This document shows positions 59,884 through 64,000 of a stretch of 64,000 nt of DNA, piece by piece. A program made the position numbers and the translations under genes. Source of the stretch: the human T2T-CHM13v2.0 reference genome, Homo sapiens; assembly GCF_009914755.1 (NCBI RefSeq), contig NC_060942.1; one strand, 5' to 3'. Numbering within the stretch: the stretch's first letter is position 1; every line of letters starts with the position of its first letter. The notes below the pieces were generated by a model that was not told the origin of the DNA, did no database searches, and was given only the letters and a program-made list of their open reading frames with translations.

Positions 59884-60818
59884 GGGAAGTTACTCTAGTG
59901 GCCTTATAGTTTGCCAGGCAACCGGGAGCAGTGGTTTGAAGCCTCGGTGAGAGGTGAGAACTGTCCTGTGCCCTAAACCCTGATCCAAGGTGATGGGATA
60001 ATTATGGTAACTTAATGTTTATGATTACAAATAATACACAAGTCAGCTATTCAGAAAAACCATGCCAGCACACTATTTAAGACTTGGGGAGGATGTGGAG
60101 AAAAGGTGTTTGACAGTGAACATTTTTCAGTACAGAATGGAACACTGCAATATGATTGTTATTATCATCACTTTCAAAAGCTTAGGTAAGTGTCCCTCTG
60201 TGGGTGAGGCTGTGATTGGAGAACCCCATAGATCTCATCTTGGATCCACATAGGTGATTGCATTCTAAGAGAACTCCTGTGCAATCTGAAGGGCTCATGC
60301 ACAGTGAGGGGATAAATGAAGACTCAGTTCAGGCTCCAGCACTTCTGCAAAGTCTTCTTCCATCTGCCACGTTCTCCCAGGCTTCAGTGTTCTCCAACAC
60401 ATGACAGGGACACCCTCCTTTCATCTATGCAATCTTTATTCTGCAAATATTAATGGTGCCTCTCTTTTGTTCCAGGCACCATGCTAGGTGTGCATGTTGC
60501 ATCTAAGTTCCCATGGAGCTTGTGTATGTCCTCAATGGTTTTCTCTGTCAACATCTCCCCTCTCCAACTAGATTGTAAGCTTTTCAAAGGCTGGCCATGT
60601 TGCCTGTCTTAAACAACAGCCACAGCAAACATTTATTGAGTGTTAGACTGGGCCAGGCACGTGGAGAGCTCCATAAAGCTTAGCACAGGGCCACATCGAC
60701 TAGTCCCTCAATAAATATTGATTAATTTAAAAAAATACAGAACTGAATTGTCGAGCTGATCATGGGGATGGTGAGGAGCATAGGTAGGGGGTTGCTGTGG
60801 TGAAGTCTTGGTAGGTTC

Positions 60819-60993
60819 ACTGTCTCCTGTGGGATGAGATTCAGAATACGTCCATCTGAGGCATCTGTACTTGTATGTCAGAAGCTATGGGGTGAGGTTA
60901 TTGACAGAGTCTGTTGTGTAAACTTTCTTTGTGAAATATACTACCTTTAAGCTATGTTACGGCTTATAGAACAATGTGGTGTCTACATCTCAG
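60819..60993 (+). repeat. Copy B of the diverged ~170-bp direct repeat
   Basis: Aligns with 59402-59569 at an offset of ~1420 bp. Confidence 0.85.
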
Positions 60994-61883
60994 GGGCATT
61001 TTAATTCAGGGAAGTGAGTGTTGGGGTGAAATCAGGGATCTGCTTTTCTTTTGAAATATTGATAGAAGGTTCTTTCTGTGCACCTGCACTTCTCTATTGG
61101 ATGGCGCTGGATGTGGTTGCCTTTTGTGGCTCTTGGTTGCAATACAGTTCTCTTGTTGAAATGACCTCCTTCTGACTGACACATCTGCCCTAGGCTCATC
61201 AATGGCTACCAAAGCCAATGGACACCTTGTGGAACATAGTGTGGCATTTCACCCATGGCCTTCATGAAATGTACCTTTTGCGGTCTATGATCCAAGGCTT
61301 TTGTAGTTTTCCCTCCATCTTTTTAGTGTTGTTCTCAGTCCCCCTCATGGGCTCTCCAGGTGTTCCTCTATCTCTTCTAAGTTCTCCATTGTAATTGCCA
61401 CCTATAGTCTCTACCTTCAGTGAGTTAGATGTCTCTCCCCAGCCCCTAGTCCTTGTATCTTTGGACTTCATAGGCAGATGTCTGCATCTGAATAACCCAT
61501 ACCCATCTTAAACTAGTAAATAAAAATGGAATGCACGATCATGTCTCTGTCTCCCATCCTCACCTCTATACCTGTTCTCCATTTAGTAAATGGCACCTCC
61601 ATGCACCTGCCCAAGTGAGAAGCCTGGGGGTCATCCTTGACCCTCTCCTTTCCCTCGTCCCTCACCCCGTTGTTCTCCAATCCCTGGGATGAGTCTATCT
61701 CCTAAATATCTCTTGTATCCCTGTTACCTTCTTCACCTGCCAGGCCACGAAGATCATTCACTCCTCGCCATCTCCTTCTTAGGGCACTGAAATGGTTGCT
61801 GAAATTGTCTCCCTGTTTCGCCCTTGCCCACTGGCATTTGTTTCCCACCTCCCTCTTAGAGATCTTTTAAGAAATGCAGATTA

Positions 61884-62365
61884 CGGTTCCCGCCTCACAA
61901 TGCAAAGGTCAACGGTGACGCCATCTGGAGCGCGCTTGGAATCCAGCAGGCGGTTGCTGCCGCGTCTTCCACAACCTCCGCGGTCTGGAGCTGGCCTCCC
62001 CCACCGCCGCCCCAACCACCGGCCCCGCCGCCATCACCACCACCGTCACCTCCGCCGCTGCCTCCTTGGGGCCCTCCTCCTTCACCGCCCCCTTAGCCAC
62101 CTCTACACATTCTAGGCTTTCTGTCCTGGAGAAGAAGCTATAATCGGTTTCCTTGTGGGCCCGGTGCGCAGCCATGGCGGACGGTGGCGGCGGCGGCAGC
62201 GGCGGTGCGGGCCCGGCCTCGACCCGGGCCAGCGGGGGCGGCGGCCCCATCAACCCGGCCTCGTTGCCCCCTGGCGACCCTCAGCTCATCGCTATCATCG
62301 TGGGGCAGCTCAAGAGCAGGGGCCTTTTTGACAGCTTCCGCCGGGACTGCAAGGCTGACGTGGAC
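61884..62365. promoter_or_regulatory. CpG-rich island carried in with the retrocopy 5' end
   Basis: Dense CpGs start abruptly just after the 5' TSD. Confidence 0.7.
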
Positions 62366-62692
62366 ACCAAGCCAGCTTACCAAAACCTGAGCCAGAAAGC
62401 GGATAATTTTGTGTCGACACATCTGGACAAGCAGGAATGGAATCCTCCAGCAAACGACAACCAACTGCACGATGGTCTGAGGCAGAGTGTGGTTCAGTCA
62501 GGGAGGTCAGAAGCTGGAGTGGACAGGATTAGTTCTCAGGTGGTGGATCCAAAACTAAACCACATCTTCAGGCCACAAATAGAACAAATAATTCATGAAT
62601 TCCTGGTGGCCCAGAAAGAAGCAGCTGTGCCAGCACTCCCTCCAGAGCCAGAAGGCCAGGACCCTCCAGCTCCGTCTCAGGACACTTCCTAA
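62174..62692 (+). CDS. BOD1L2: Biorientation of chromosomes in cell division 1-like 2 (172 aa, BOD1/Shg1-like domain)
   Basis: Strong Kozak GCCATGG; MADGGGG...[15 protein letters not shown]...[14 protein letters not shown]...[15 protein letters not shown]...PAPSQDTS is BOD1-family; open to TAA. Confidence 0.95.
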   Translation: MADGGGGGSGGAGPASTRASGGGGPINPASLPPGDPQLIAIIVGQLKSRGLFDSFRRDCKADVDTKPAYQNLSQKADNFVSTHLDKQEWNPPANDNQLHDGLRQSVVQSGRSEAGVDRISSQVVDPKLNHIFRPQIEQIIHEFLVAQKEAAVPALPPEPEGQDPPAPSQDTS

Positions 62693-63436
62693 GAATATGC
62701 CTGACAGCTTTTGAAAGCGCTATTTAATTTTTGGTGAAGAAATGGATTCGGTTACATAAGAGTGCAGTTTCAGATTGAAGATAAGCCAAGTTCATCACTG
62801 AGCTCAAGATTTCCACCTCGACCATGAGCAGTGACCAGATTGAAAGGGAAGCAAGTTCGCCAGAGAGAAAGTTGACCGTGGCACCCTCCTGCATTGCGCT
62901 GCCATTTGGCCAGCCTTTCCAAGGGCATGACACCAAACACACACTACAGAGAGGGAAACACTACCGCGACCCAGGATTGTCCTGAAACAGACATCTATAC
63001 TTGAACATGGAGACTGCACATGGATTTTAGGGTTTGTGCTCTGAGATAAACGAAAGCTACAGCGAGAGAACATAACCAATCCCAAAGACAATTTCAAAGA
63101 ACAATGACAGTAAAGGTTAACTGGGAGGAATATTTGACAGTACTTATTTGATATTGTCTCTCAGAGTTGCAAACTAGATTGTACACAACATTAGTGTCAG
63201 ATAGCTTTGAAGTTGTGACCTTCTTGTACATGAATCTTCTAGCCAGTTTCCTTTCCTTTGTAAGAGATAACAAAGCATGAAACCCTAGAATGAGTGAGAA
63301 GTTCAGACATTAGGTATAAGGAAACTCATTTGCAGACTCTCTGTCCAAGAATGCTTCCTGTCTTGCAGGGGCTAGTGAGTCTTGGGTGTGTTTATGTTAT
63401 GCTCACATTTGTGTTTTATTTGAAAAGTGGATGGTC

Positions 63437-63442
63437 AATAAA
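63437..63442 (+). terminator. Polyadenylation signal AATAAA of the retrocopy
   Basis: About 20 nt upstream of the A-rich remnant CAACAACAAAAAA and the 3' TSD. Confidence 0.8.
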
Positions 63443-64000
63443 TGGCTTATCTTTCAACTGCAACAACAAAAAAGAAATGCAGATTTACATCCTTTTCCTC
63501 TTTAAGCTCCGTCAGTTTTCTGATATTTCTAGAAGGTCAGACACCTGGCATGGTTTATGAGGCCCGTGATAATGGGGCCCCTGGTCACCTCTGCTGCCCC
63601 GTACACTGTCATTTCTCATATGACAACCATGCCCATGACTATCCTGGACACCCTGTGTTCCCTCTGCTCACTGTGAAGGGAATGCCCTCAACCACTCCTA
63701 CCCTCCTTTAAGACTCAGCTCCTGAGGAGCCACACATCGTCTAAGCAGGAGTGACAGACTCCTTCCTCTGTGCTCCCATAGATCTCATAAGGGATGACCA
63801 CACTTACTATAGTAGCTAGGTCTGACGAAGCACTTGCTCTATTGCTCTACAGCTGGCAGTGTACTAAACGCTTAACTTCGCTTACCGTAGTAAGTCCTCA
63901 TGATCTAATTGAAGAAATCGTATCTTTATTCCCATTTTTATTCCCATTTATAAATGTAGAAACCAAAGCTCAGACACTGCCTAAGTGGTGGGGCTGGGGC

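Larger units (their letters stand above)
61883..63471 (+). other. BOD1L2: Retroposed BOD1-like mRNA copy (5' UTR, CDS, 3' UTR, poly(A) remnant)
   Basis: 14-bp TSD AAGAAATGCAGATT at 61869-61882 and 63472-63485; no introns; AATAAA then A-rich remnant. Confidence 0.92.
61150..63790 (+). mobile_element. L2 element hosting the BOD1L2 retrocopy
   Basis: L2-like text left (CCTGGGGGTCATCCTTGACCCTCTCCTTTCCCTC...GATCTTTTAAGAAATGCAG) resumes right (GGCATGGTTTATGAGGCCC...CTCCTTTAAGACTCAGCT); outer ends approximate. Confidence 0.65.

Noticed and set aside
62153-62173. 7-aa N-terminal extension of BOD1L2 in the ORF track
   Set aside because: Non-ATG start; the Kozak ATG and BOD1 homology begin at 62174
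61909-62470. Antisense ORFs over BOD1L2
   Set aside because: Expected shadow ORFs of GC-rich coding DNA

Overview
Primate (human-type) genomic DNA, repeat-rich and mostly intergenic. The only credible protein-coding gene is the intronless BOD1-family retrogene BOD1L2 (CDS 62174-62692, +). From recall of that gene's location, this places the window on human 18q21.31 or its ape ortholog. The retrocopy's whole insertion anatomy is readable: an L1-endonuclease-type site, a 14-bp target-site duplication (TSD), a CpG-rich 5' UTR, AATAAA, a decayed poly(A), and a host L2 element. The rest consists of Alus, a 5.7-kb 3'-truncated L1PA-type element, old L1/L2/MIR fragments, ERV1/ERVL/MaLR solo LTRs, DNA-transposon fossils and simple repeats, with several nested insertions. 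Features the repeats do not explain: an orphan CpG island (~36.5-37.1 kb), a perfect 24-bp palindrome, a 60-bp minisatellite, a motif-dense unique block near 25 kb, and a diverged ~170-bp direct repeat pair about 1-2.5 kb upstream of BOD1L2 that brackets a perfect DR5 element and an RFX-like X-box. Repeat subfamily names come from recall of consensus sequences and need RepeatMasker/Dfam confirmation. No prokaryotic-type systems (CRISPR, operons), tRNA or rRNA are evident, and I cannot claim a new biological system from sequence alone.
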